Both the position numbers and the translations under genes were made by a program. Below, in pieces: positions 13,624-25,688 of a stretch of 64,000 nt of DNA (position 1 is the first letter of the stretch; every line of letters starts with the position of its first letter). This stretch comes from the human T2T-CHM13v2.0 reference genome, Homo sapiens. Below the pieces are notes generated by a model. It was not told the DNA's origin. It saw nothing but the letters and a program-made list of their open reading frames with translations, and ran no database searches. The DNA is taken from the NCBI RefSeq assembly GCF_009914755.1, contig NC_060947.1. One strand, written 5' to 3'.

Positions 13624-14596
13624 GGAAGAGAAATGGCCAAGATTGTGATTTGAGTCACTGGGAAAAGAGGAGGAGAAGGATGTCACATGGAGGAAGTTAA
13701 TAGTTTTAGTGTCATACCTCAGTTTTGGGTTTTCCAGGACATTTCTTCGGGTAGATCTCATGGGTAGTTGAACACAAAATTTGCACAGCACATAGAAACT
13801 TCCAGCTCTTCATATTGATGGAACCATACTGAGATTCTAAAACCTTATTATGGAGGAATTAAGAAGGCACCAAGGATAGAGTGTTGGACTGGACAGGATT
13901 GCAGGAGTACACAAAGGGAATTGAGTTTACTATTTAGAGCCCAGACTCTCACGCTATCAGGGAACATCTTGGGATAAAGTAGTACCTGGAACTAAAATTC
14001 CTGCTTTCCAGCTAAGTAAATTCAATACAGTTTAGAAAAGGAAACGGCTGAAAGATAGAAAAGAATATGGTGGAAAGACCGACCTTGATTCCAGAACTGC
14101 TTTGGTTTTCTTCCTTCTGATCTAGAAGTGGGCTGTGGCTTCCCGCTAGCCACAAAGTTACTACTTTCTGCATTCATGTCTCTGTCCTAGTGATATCTTA
14201 CTTCCTGAGGGAGTAAGGGCTTGCCTTATCTCAATCTTGCTTCTGGCTCCATAAGTGTACCCAGTTATTCCATAAAGTCTATTCCACACTGTCCTAAAGC
14301 CAGGTTCCTCTCAGCTTGCAAGTGGTCATGGTTTAGACCACTGGCTGACCTGCCTGATGTTGCATGACTTCCCATGGGTTCACTTCTGCTAGTGTGAATT
14401 TACTGGATTATTTCTTACACCTCTCTTTTCGGTCTGGGCCTCCTTGGGTTGGTTTGTCCATTTCTAACTTTATACCCATGGCTCTGCATTCTTTAGTCCT
14501 ATAACACTCATAATCTGCATAGCTTCTTAGTATTTATCATATACGTTATTATGCTATTCTTTTTTAAAAAGCTTTTGCCTTTTTTCAAACACCTAT

Positions 14597-14956
14597 TGTA
14601 TTAGTCCATTTTCACACTGCTGATAAATACATACCTGAGACTGGGCAATTTACAAAAGAAAGAATTTTAATAGACTCACAGTTCCACATGGCTGGAGAGT
14701 CCTCACAATCATGACAGAAGGTGAAAGGCATGTCTTACATGGCAGCAGATGAGAAGAGAGCTTGTGCAGGGACCCCCCTCCCTTATAAAACCATCAGATC
14801 TCATGAGACTTATTCACTATCACAAGAATAGCACAGGAAAGACCCGCTGCCATGATTCAAGTATCTCCCACAGGGTCCCTCCCACAACATGTGGGAATTA
14901 TGGGAGCTACAATTCAAGTTGAGGATTTGGGTTGGGGACATAGCCAAACCATATCA
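14597..14956 (-). mobile_element. THE1 solo LTR (THE1B/C-like, MaLR)
   Basis: tgtattagtccattttcacactgctgataaa...ggggacatagccaaaccatatca. Confidence 0.92.
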
Positions 14957-15129
14957 GCTGTGAAGTCAGAGATGAGGTATTGCAATTCTGTTATCACTCT
15001 CTTCCCCAGTCCCCTGCATATATAGTATTTGCCAAGTACTAGTGAAGGTGGAGCTGATCTAAGTGCAGATCTAGGGGGATAATTTATTTGTGGTCCCATC
15101 TGAAACAGGAGTAGTAGCAAGATTCACTT

Positions 15130-15245
15130 CTGTATTGATTCATCAGGTGCTTTTGAGCTCCTAACATATGAACAGGAGAGTGCTGGGCACTGTGGAAGAT
15201 TCAAAACTCGATCACATAGGAACACCTGCCTTAAAGAAAGCTGTG
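15130..15245 (-). mobile_element. L2 3' fragment
   Basis: gattcatcaggtgcttttgagctcc...gtgctgggcactgtggaagattcaa. Confidence 0.4.
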
Positions 15246-15923
15246 GCCAAACCCATGGATTATTAGGGCTAGAAGTCATCTGAGAACATGATAAAATTTC
15301 ACATTATTCTCTTATTTTTTTAATTTAGTTTCAAATTAAAACCAAATTTGTGTTCATCCTTAGTTTAGATGTGTAATTAAAGCAATAACTATAGGCTTCA
15401 AACAACAGTTGCAAGAAAACCCCAAAAATAAAAGGACACATGTGTACACTTGTGCTTGGAGATGGTAAGCACTCAGCCAGTGACTTACATTTTATCATGT
15501 TGACATGGCAGAGGTCAGTAGTTACACAATGTTATAACACATTAAAGATAAGCCTATCTTTACTCTGAATTTCATCATCACAAAGTTGTAAGTCTGACTA
15601 AAAGAGCCAAGGTAACATTGAAAGATATTTTTCAGCATTTCCAAAGATCATTAAGTCATAACCTTGATTCTAGAATATGCTTGTTATTGGCAATGACATC
15701 TTTTAGAATATTTGCTTTAGAAAGCTATTTTTGTTTACTAAGATTTTGAAACACATTTGCTATAGGAGGTGCAGTTGCCTACTAACCTGAGAGATAATTA
15801 ATTTTTGATAACCTTACTGATCTAGTTACACTCACAGTAAACATTTTTTTGGTAAAAAAAAAAAATACTTTTTTTTTTTTTTAAATAAGTGACTCTGAAA
15901 AAGTAACTTGGAAATAAAATGCA

Positions 15924-16352
<429 letters not shown>

Positions 16353-16359
16353 TAGGTGT

Positions 16360-17187
16360 CCATTCATTGATTGGTTTATCCATCCATACATTCATTCATT
16401 TATCCGTCTATCCAGTTGTCCTTCCATCCATGTACCAACCCACTCATTCCTCCATCCATCCATCCATCCATCCATCCATCCACCCACCTACTCATCTTTC
16501 CATCTACCCACTCACTCATCCTTCCATTCATCCACCCACCCACCCACTCATCCTTCCACCCATCCATCCACCCAGCCACTTATCCTTCTATCCCTCCATC
16601 CACCCACTCATCCATCCATCCATCTGTTCACCCACCCACTCATCCTTCCTTCCACCATCCATGCATCTACCCACCCATCTATCCATCCATCCATCTATCT
16701 ATCCACCCACCCACTCATCTTTCCATCTACCCACTCACTCATCCTTCCAACCATCCACCTACTCATCCTTCCACCCATCCATCCACCAACCCACTTATCC
16801 TTCTATCCACCCACCCACCCACTCATCCATCCATCCATCCATCTATTCACTCATTCATCCTTTCATCTATCAACTCATCCATGCATCCATCCATCTACTC
16901 ATCCATTCGTCTCTCCATTTATCCATCCATTCGCCCACCCATTCTTCCATCTATCCATTCATCCACCCACTCATCCATCCATCCATCTGTCCACCCACCC
17001 ACTCATCCTTCCATCCATGCATCCATGCCTCCACCCACCCACCCACTCATCCATCCATCCGTCCATCCATTTATCCACCAGCCCACTCATCCTTCCTTCC
17101 TTCCACCCATCTACCCACCCACTCGTCCATCCATCCATCCATCCGTCCATCCGTCCGTCCGTCCATCCATCCATCCATTCTTTCATT
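16360..17187. repeat. Degenerate (CCAT/CCAC)n tract, ~830 bp
   Basis: Almost G-free + strand; explains the three overlapping H/P/S/I-rich ORFs. Confidence 0.97.
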
Positions 17188-17947
17188 AGTGAATGAAAAT
17201 TCTCGGCCAAGAGCAGATATTATAACAGAGTGTCAGGAATTGTGTTAGTTTCTGGAAATAGGAAAGATGCTTTTTTGGATCAATTGTTCTACAGGTGGGC
17301 TTTCAGAGGAGTTTCTGTATATAGCATAAAGAGTTCCTCAGTAGAATTTTTGAGACTTGCCATGTAATTCCACAGAGGCATTTACTAAATCTTCCTAAAG
17401 TATCTGGATTGCAAGGGTTAATCCACTCACTCGTTTAAGAGTGTAACTGAAGATGGTAACTGCAAAAGGCATAAAATGAGCCTTTTTATGTCCTACTCTA
17501 ACAATTTTCACCCCTGGTCAGAGGCATCTGACCCAGTGAAGCCAGAGGCTCCTAAGTAACTGTTGGAATGATGTGTTAACAGTCCATAGCTGCCAAATAG
17601 GAGACCCATATAAAAGGCCAAGCTTGAGGTTTGGGGCTCCCTAAGCCAAACATGTGACACGAGTAATGAGGTGTTTAGCATTTGAAAGGGACTGGCAGCC
17701 CTCTTCTGGGTAAGTGGAAGGAGAGGCACTGGATCCCATTCTTTAGGAGCTGTGCTTCTGTAAAACAGAAGTTGGAATCCAAAGCCAGTGAAATATGAAT
17801 TAAAGAAGATGAGAGCTGCAGAAATTTTATGGAGAACAAAGATAATTTAATATTTGAAGTGAGTGGTGGCTTTTGGGAAAATGATGAAAATTCATTAAAT
17901 TGATAGTTCATTAAATTAACAGATTTGAATGTGTACTGGTATTTGCC

Positions 17948-18171
17948 CTTTTATTTATTTATTTTTAGAGATGGAGTCTTGCTCTGTTGCCCAGATTGGA
18001 GTGCAGTGGTGCAATCACAGCTTGCTGCAGCTTCAAACTGCTAGGTTCAAGTAATTGACCCACCTCAGCCTTCCAAGTAGCTGGGACTATAGGTACACAC
18101 CACCATGCCCAGCTATTTTGTTTTAATTTTTATATTTTATAGTGATAGGGTCCTGCTATGTTACCCAGGCT
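17948..18171 (-). mobile_element. AluJ, 5'-truncated
   Basis: Right arm plus part of left arm, ending at ttacccaggctc. Confidence 0.88.
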
Positions 18172-18527
18172 CATTTATCCTTTTAAGATGAGACATCTAT
18201 GTCTATATTTCTGTTCCTTTTACAACTTTCAAGAAAGATACAAGACGCCCTGTATCTTCCAAATGTGACAGCAAATATGTCCTAATATAAGGACTAAATA
18301 AGATGATAACTTTTAGAAAATTCAGTTTTCAGAGTAAACTTTTTACGGATTTGTAAAATCTTCTTGCTCAGCAGTGTCGGTTCTCACATGGGTGGTTGGG
18401 AAATACTGTTGACTGATTTCCATAGGTATTTTTAGGGCTGCTGGGGTGAGTTTATAAACTTATTCAACTCGTCTTATTGGAAACTCTCTTTTGATTGCTC
18501 TCAAATGTTTTAAGGAAACATTTCATG

Positions 18528-19115
18528 ATTTTTAAAAAATAGATTTAAGGGGTAGAAGTATAGCTTTGTTCCATGGATATATTGATTAGTGGTGAAGTCT
18601 GAGCTGTTAGTGTAACCATCACCTGAATAGAGTACATTGTACCCAAAAGGTAATTTCTCATCCCTCACCCCCCTCCCATCCTCCTACCCTTCTGAGTCTC
18701 CAGTGTTTATTATTCTGTTCTCTGTCTATGTATACTCATTGTTCAGCTCCCACTTATAAGTGAGAACATGCAGTATTGTACTTTCTGTTTCTGAGTTTTT
18801 CGTTTAAGGTAATGACCTCCAGTTCCATCCATGTTGCTGCAAAAGATATGACCTCATTCTTTTTTATGGCCAAGTACTTTTCCGGGTGTGTGTGTGTGTG
18901 TGTGTGTGTGTATCATTTTCTTTATCCATCAATGGATATTTTCTTTATCCATTGATGGACACTTAAGTTGATTCTATGACTTTGCTATTGTGAATAGTGC
19001 TGCGATAAACTTAAGAGTACAGATGTCTTTTTGATATAATGATTTGTTTCCCTTTGGGTAGATATCCAGTAGTGGGATTTCTGGATAGAATAGCAGTTTT
19101 AATTTTAGATTTTTT
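18528..19115 (-). mobile_element. LINE-1 3' end, L1PB3/4-like, with internal (TG)n
   Basis: catggatatattg...ggtgaagtctg...gtaaccatcacctgaatag...ctcccacttataagtgagaacatg; (TG)n at ~18886-18911. Confidence 0.88.
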
Positions 19116-19135
19116 TTATATTGAAAATTAAATTA

Positions 19136-19468
<333 letters not shown>

Positions 19469-20726
19469 TTAGTTCACCATATCTACTAGACTTTCTTTGT
19501 CCAGAATGATATTTAGTTGCATCAGAAAGTTAAATCCACCGTAAAAGATTAAAGGGACACCATTGATCATAGTTTTTAAAATGTCCTTCAGATGTAAGGA
19601 CACTGAAGGAGGAGAGAATGCAAAAATGATGGAAGTAGGGGCAGCGTTATTAAATAAGTAAAACGTTAAAGATGACTACTTGGATGGCTGTGACGGTACT
19701 CAATGTGTAAGATTCAGCGTGTTTGCCAAAAAAAATGATCTGCCTCTTTCCTTAGAGACACATATTGTAAATGATTTAATGTCTTGGGTTGTTTTGATGT
19801 CATGCTAGGGACATAAACAACAGCTTTTAAGAGGCAACACCCTCACTGCCCATTTGCCAAGATTCTAATCTCAGCCTTTCCCATTCCTAAGGTGCTCACC
19901 AAACTACCTTGAACAGCACCATGCACTTTCATGCCATTATCAATTGGGGAACATCTTCCCCAGTCCTACGCCATTATCAGCTGGGAGAAAACCTACAATC
20001 AGTGCTTAAAGAAAAAAATGCAAACATTTGCCAGACTGGAGAAATGTCCATTTAAATGTTACCGAACTAAACTAATTATGGAATGTTCTAACCATCGGAT
20101 GCTGACATTCCCTACCTCAGCATTATACAAATAAAGATTATGGTTGTTTAATATGGTGCCTTGCAGCCAGGTGTTTAGTATTGCATTTGGTTTCTTGGTA
20201 TTTGGAATTTTTATGGTCGTCATTACAGTAGGAAGTTTCAAGGGAATCATTTTATGGTATATATTTTACTTCTTACTCATTCCTTGGCTTCCAACTCTAC
20301 AAGACTCACTTACCTTTACCTTTGTGAATTACGTGCAAATATTTTCAAACCCTTCTTTGTGTTCTAATTGTTTTTGGCTTCCATATGCTACAGCAGAGCC
20401 AAGCAGAATAGAAAAGTAAGTTTTAAATAAAAATCAGAAACTATTGGATTTGCCAAACGCTTTCTCCTTCATTTATTTGGGAAATAGTCTTGTATTTTGC
20501 CAACATTTGAAACAAAATTCTAATGACCTTTAATACATCTCCTTTTCATCACTTGGCTAAGTGTTCAACATTTTTCATGTGCATTCAAAGAGAGGGAAAT
20601 GTTTTCATTATAAAAGTGGAGTTACTTACATACTCTGGTTTCTACACTTTCAAAGAGCTGTAATAACAGATTATGGAATTCTGTAAGTAGAAAAGCCATG
20701 GATTCTCCTGGTCCATTCAGCCAGGG

Positions 20727-20787
20727 TATTCACTGTGCACAGACTAAAGTGGGGCTAAGATATTCACTGTGCACAGACTAAAGTGGG
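20727..20787. repeat. 27-bp direct duplication (34-bp period)
   Basis: tattcactgtgcacagactaaagtggg at 20727 and 20761. Confidence 0.95.
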
Positions 20788-20959
20788 AGAGAGGTGGTGA
20801 AAAGACGGAAAGAGAACAACACAAAAATTTAATTTTTAATCTTTGGAAATTTGGATCTCATAGAAGCAAAGATTGCAGACTATCATACTTAGAAACGATG
20901 TAATTTTTCCAATTCAGCCATCTGCCCCATTCACAGACACTCTCACCAACAGAGTCCTT

Positions 20960-21440
20960 CATTCAAGAATACAGGAACTCACTACCTTCTGAGATGGCCA
21001 CTTCCATTTTTTAACAGTTTTAACGTTCCTGTTTGTTCTGAAATAAGATGCCTCTCTGGAATTCTTCTTCTCTGTTTCTTGTGCTGACCTTTCCAGCAAT
21101 ACTGAATATTTTTAAAAGGTTTCTGAATGAAACAGCTTCTGATGTTTTGGGTTTATCATTGTGCCTCCACTCTAGGTTTTTCCTCCATTTTTCCAAATTC
21201 CTCTCTGAGTAGAGTGCTTCCCATTCTCTCACAATTAGGTTTATCTTTTGGAACACCTACCCCGCTTGCCAATACTCATGCCAAGAGGCCCAGAACTGGA
21301 TCCAGCACCCTAGGAGAAGTCTAAAGATGTAGAGTGGATTGGGCGTACTTTTTTCCCTTGATGTTCATAGTTCCATAAGGAAGTCAGAATTGCAGTAGCT
21401 TTTGAGACAATCATTCTACTGTTGAATTATATTGAACTTA
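20960..21440 (-). mobile_element. L3/CR1 LINE relic
   Basis: ggaactcactaccttctgagatggccacttccatttt and gcccagaactggatccagcacc resemble the L3 reverse consensus. Confidence 0.55.
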
Positions 21441-21601
21441 CAGTGATGTGTCTTTTCAGGTAATTTTATATACCACTACCCCATATCTAGGATTTATGGA
21501 TTTTTTTAAACCATAAATTTAAGACTTTATATATTTTGCTATTATGTTAAAAATATCTATGGAAAATACCATGTTTATAAAAATCTGGTAAAAAAAAAAA
21601 T

Positions 21602-21899
21602 AGCCAGACTTGGTGGCTCACACCTGTAATCTGAGCACTTTGGGATGCTGAGTGGGAGGATCACTTGAGGCCAGGAGTTCTAGACCAGCCAGGGCAACAT
21701 AGATCCCATCTCTAAAATAAATTTTTTAAAACATAGCCAGGTGTGGTGGTGCATGCCTATAGTGCCAGCTATGCTGGAGGCTGAGGCAGGAGGATTGATT
21801 GCTTGATCCTGGGAGTTCAAGGCTGTAGTGAGCTGTGATTCTGCCACACTTCAGCCTGGGTGACAGAGCAAGACCCTGACTCTCAAAAAAAAAAAAAAA
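21602..21899 (+). mobile_element. AluJ
   Basis: Sense Alu with J diagnostics (ggagttcaaggctgtagtgagctgtgat), poly-A tail. Confidence 0.92.
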
Positions 21900-21934
21900 G
21901 GAGAAACAAATAGCATAAAAAATAGTATGGTGTT

Positions 21935-22236
21935 GGCCGGGCACGGCTCATGCCTGTAATCCTAGCACTTTGGGAAGCTGAGGCGGGTGGATCACGAGGT
22001 CAGGAGTTCAAGATCAGCCTGGCCAAGATGGTGAAACCCCGTCTCTACTAAAAATACAAAAAAATTAGCTGGGCGTGGTGGTGGGCGCCTGTAATCCCAG
22101 CTACTCGGGAGGCTGAGGCAGATAATTGCTTAAACCCTGGAGGCGGAGGATGCAGTGAGCGGAGATTGCGCCACTGCACTCCAGCCTGGGTGACAGAGTG
22201 AAACTCTGTCTCAAAAAAATAAACAAATAAATAAAT
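21935..22236 (+). mobile_element. AluSg-like
   Basis: ggatcacgaggtcaggagttc; 16-bp TSD aaaatagtatggtgtt. Confidence 0.95.
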
Positions 22237-22669
22237 AAAATAGTATGGTGTTGGAGGATGGGGATAGGCTTCTTTATCCTTTTGTTGTTATTTTTGGGTC
22301 TCTTAATGTTGATATAATAGTTATGCCCTCACAGTAAGCCTTGAAGCCTTGAAGTCCTCGGCTTATTGCAATGCCTATTCTAGCTGCCAATATTCCAGGG
22401 AGCTCCTGATTTCATATTCTTGTTAGTCTTCACCTGATTTCCCCTGTTTCAGGCTCTCCCTGCGTTGTCTTTTCCCTTCTGTTTTTCCTCAGTCGGCACC
22501 TGCAGGTTTTTGCTTCTCTGAGGTTCCCATTCTCACACCAGGTGTTCTCTGCAAATATAACCCATCTACTGCCAGGAGTGACTTCAGCTACCTCCCACCT
22601 GTGGCCAGTGGGACTCATGTGTCTAGCAGAGCTTCTTCTGGGATAAAACTTAATGATGGTCTACTTCAC

Positions 22670-23080
22670 CTGACTTCTGTGTGTTCTCTCCGTGTGAATT
22701 AGTAACCTGAGACAAGAATTCCAGTACAAGTAGTTTATTTGGGATGGGTTCCTGGGGAAGAGTGGTGGGGGAGTGGGAACTGAGACACTAAAGAGGGTGC
22801 CCAGGAGAGTGTTTGGTATTCAGCAAGTTATCCTTCTGGGTAACTAGAGGGGAATCTTCCCTGGGAATTCTGGAAGGCAGAGTGGAAGATACCCCAGAAT
22901 TAGTCTACCTGAGGGCACAGGGGATGGAGCATTTCTGCAGACTCAGCTTGCATCAGTCACCAGCTGAGAGCTCTTCTGGGTACACTCATTCCTCAGCAGG
23001 TCCACTCAGGTGTTACGGGCGCTGACACGGAACTAGCAACAAGCAGAGAAATTCAGTGCTGGCTGTTCGGTGAAGCTGAG
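22670..23080 (-). mobile_element. LTR33-like solo LTR (ERVL)
   Basis: cctgagacaagaattccagtacaagtagtttatttggga...ggggagtgggaactgagaca...gggaattctggaaggcagagt. Confidence 0.65.
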
Positions 23081-23495
23081 AAGGAATGAATGGGTTCTCA
23101 CAGCTTGACCTCCTTTCCCATGTTTATTTATATCTCTTTCCAAATGTAATGACCTTTTGAAATATGTTTATATGTGAGGTCTAAGTTTCCTTTCCCCTGT
23201 GGATCCTCTAGAAATTTCTGGAAAATTCTGAAGCTTGGGGTTAGGGCATGAATTAAATTCCAAAGACGTTTCTGGAAAGTTCTGCATCTTGGGGATTTGA
23301 ATTGGATTCCAAGAAAACTTCTGAAAATGTCTGTGAGTCCAGGGTCTGAATCTTGTGCATGCACACATTTTGTTTTGTTTCTTAATCTGGTAATTTTGAT
23401 GTGCTAGGGAACTTGACATGAGTTTCTCTGCCCCTGGATGGTGAGCATTTCGCGTCTTCTTTGCTTTTAAATTTTGAATTCATTCTCTTTCCCAT

Positions 23496-23570
23496 CACAC
23501 ACACACACACCCACACCCACACACAGACACAGACACACACACACACACACACACAGCACAGCACACCCAA
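23496..23570. repeat. Interrupted (CA)n
   Basis: Direct reading. Confidence 0.9.
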
Positions 23571-24109
23571 CACTTCTCATGTGTTGGAAAACCTTCCCTC
23601 CTCCTCTCTGATTCTGCTGCTCTCCCTGCCTCCTTTCCATTTCAGTTTCCCTACTTCACAGTATGTCCTTGGACACATCCTGGGGTTAGTGGAAATGAGA
23701 ATGAAGGGAATGTTGAGCCTGGGGAGTTTGAGACACTGTAAGACAGCAAGGGGTCAGGACCAGAAGAGCAGGCAGCGTGGGCTGGACGCAGCTTCTCTGA
23801 ATGAAAACCAGCGAGAACTGCATCAACAACCTGGTGGTGGGGACATTGCAGCTGTTTGCTCTGGACTCCACCGCAGCATCAGAGCTCGAATAATCATGAA
23901 GCTCAGGTCTGTACCCAGCCCAGCACAAGCTCTGACGCCAGTTGTTCTTTTCAGCTTTAACAAATCCCTATGGACCCCTCCTGTGAAGACCCATCCTACA
24001 GAACCTCCCATCACAACCCTCTTTGCTTGCCATTCATAGTGTCCCGCATTCTCCAAACTTGGGCTTCAATCCTTACGATTCCATTTGAATGGTTTTGTAT
24101 GGGGAGTTA

Positions 24110-24849
24110 ACTAGAACTTCTCCATAACAACATTTAAATCTTTCCTTTCTAATATATATAGATATATATATCAGAAAAGATTTAAGATATATATATATAT
24201 ATTCTAAGTGAACATTGTCACTTTGGGGACTTAGATTTTATATATATATTAACGTATTAATATAATAAATATATAATTGTATTACTATAATAAATATATA
24301 ATTATATTTATATATGTATATATTAATATAAGTTAATACAGTGTATTAATATATAAATTAATACATGATTAATATAAATATATAATTATATATGTGTATG
24401 TATATATATTATCTAAGTGAACATTGTCACATTGGGGGATACTGCATGGACTCAGTATAAACAACCAGAGTTGAATGGTTTGTTGAAAAGGAATGAGCTA
24501 TGCTTTCTCCTTCACACTGTAGCACTACATTCCCACATCTATCTTAATCTATTCATTATCACCACACATGCAAAGTTTAATGGGAAACATTTGGAGACAT
24601 TTGGAGGCAATAAGTATAACAGATATATATGAGCTAATAGCATATGCAAAATGTCCTTCACTACCCAAACTCTTGTTAATTGAATACTTGCTATTTCAGC
24701 TCATGAAACAGAATATTTGAGATAGGATTATTTGGAGATATAGGATTATATATATCTATATGCCTATCTCTCTATACATATCAGAAAGAAAAGATTTAAA
24801 TATATATCAGGAAGGAAAGATTTCAATTTTGTTATGCAGAAGTTCTAGT
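24110..24849. repeat. 50-bp inverted repeat pair (24110-24159 / 24800-24849) enclosing (TA)-rich DNA
   Basis: 45/50 identity by manual alignment of the left arm with the reverse complement of the right arm. Confidence 0.9.
24439..24738 (+). repeat. Local ~300-bp duplication, copy A
   Basis: ~90% identical to 25398-25688 (about 25 substitutions and 2 indels by hand). Confidence 0.95.
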
Positions 24850-24952
24850 ATACATAAGTTTACATATAAACTTACGTATATGTAAACATGTATATTTTAC
24901 ATGTGTTCATATACGTAAGTTTACATGTAAATGCTTACTTATAGTTAGTTAA

Positions 24953-25265
24953 TTTTTATTTATTTTATTTTATTTCATTTTTAGAGACAGGGTCTTTCTC
25001 TGTCGCCCAGGCTGGAGTGCATTGGTGCGATTGTAGGTCACTGAAGCTTCGACCTCCTGGTCTCAAGTGATCCTCCCACCTCAGCCTCTCATGCAGCTAG
25101 GACTACGGGTATGTGCCACCACACCTGCCTAGTTTTTAAAATTTTTTGTAGGAATGGAGCCTCTCTATGTTGCCCAGGCTGGTGTCGGACCCAGGCCTTA
25201 AGCAATCCTCCCACCTTGGCCTCCCGAAGTACTGGGATTACAGGTGTGAGCCATCACACCTGGCC
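24953..25265 (-). mobile_element. AluJ
   Basis: Antisense full Alu with J diagnostics. Confidence 0.92.
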
Positions 25266-25397
25266 TATATTTGTATATTGATATAAATTATACATACATA
25301 AAATATACATGTATATGTAAGATACAAAGATACAAATATCAAATATAAATACATATATTTTATATAAAAATATCTGTTTAAACTACTGAATAAAAGA

Positions 25398-25688
25398 ATG
25401 CTGCAGGGACTCAGTATAAACAACTAGAATTGAATGGTTTGTTGAAAAGGAATGAGCTGTTGTTTCTCCTTCACACTGTAGCACTGCATTCGCACACCTA
25501 TCTTAATCTATTCATTATCACCACACATGCAAAGTTTAATGGAAAACATTTGGAGACATTGCAGTAAGTATAACAGATATATATAAACAGCACATATAAA
25601 ATGTCCCTCACTACCCAAGCTCTTATTAACTGAATACTTGCTATCTAAACTCATGAAACAGAAGTTTTGAGATAGGATTATTTGGAGA
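25398..25688 (+). repeat. Local ~300-bp duplication, copy B
   Basis: Paralog of 24439-24738. Confidence 0.95.

Larger units (their letters stand above)
12270..13790 (-). mobile_element. L2 relic interrupted by an MLT2B LTR
   Basis: ttgagtgcctactat...gacctcaaggagttgcag...atttgaactgtgtctt...ggagccattgaagaattt; resumes after 13624. Confidence 0.6.

Noticed and set aside
23461-24039. 192-aa ORF
   Set aside because: TTG start, begins in a (CA)n repeat, no recognisable domain or splice context
24110-24849. Autonomous or known DNA transposon
   Set aside because: No TSD, no transposase ORF, and termini unlike hAT/Tc-mariner ends I know; kept only as a rearrangement finding
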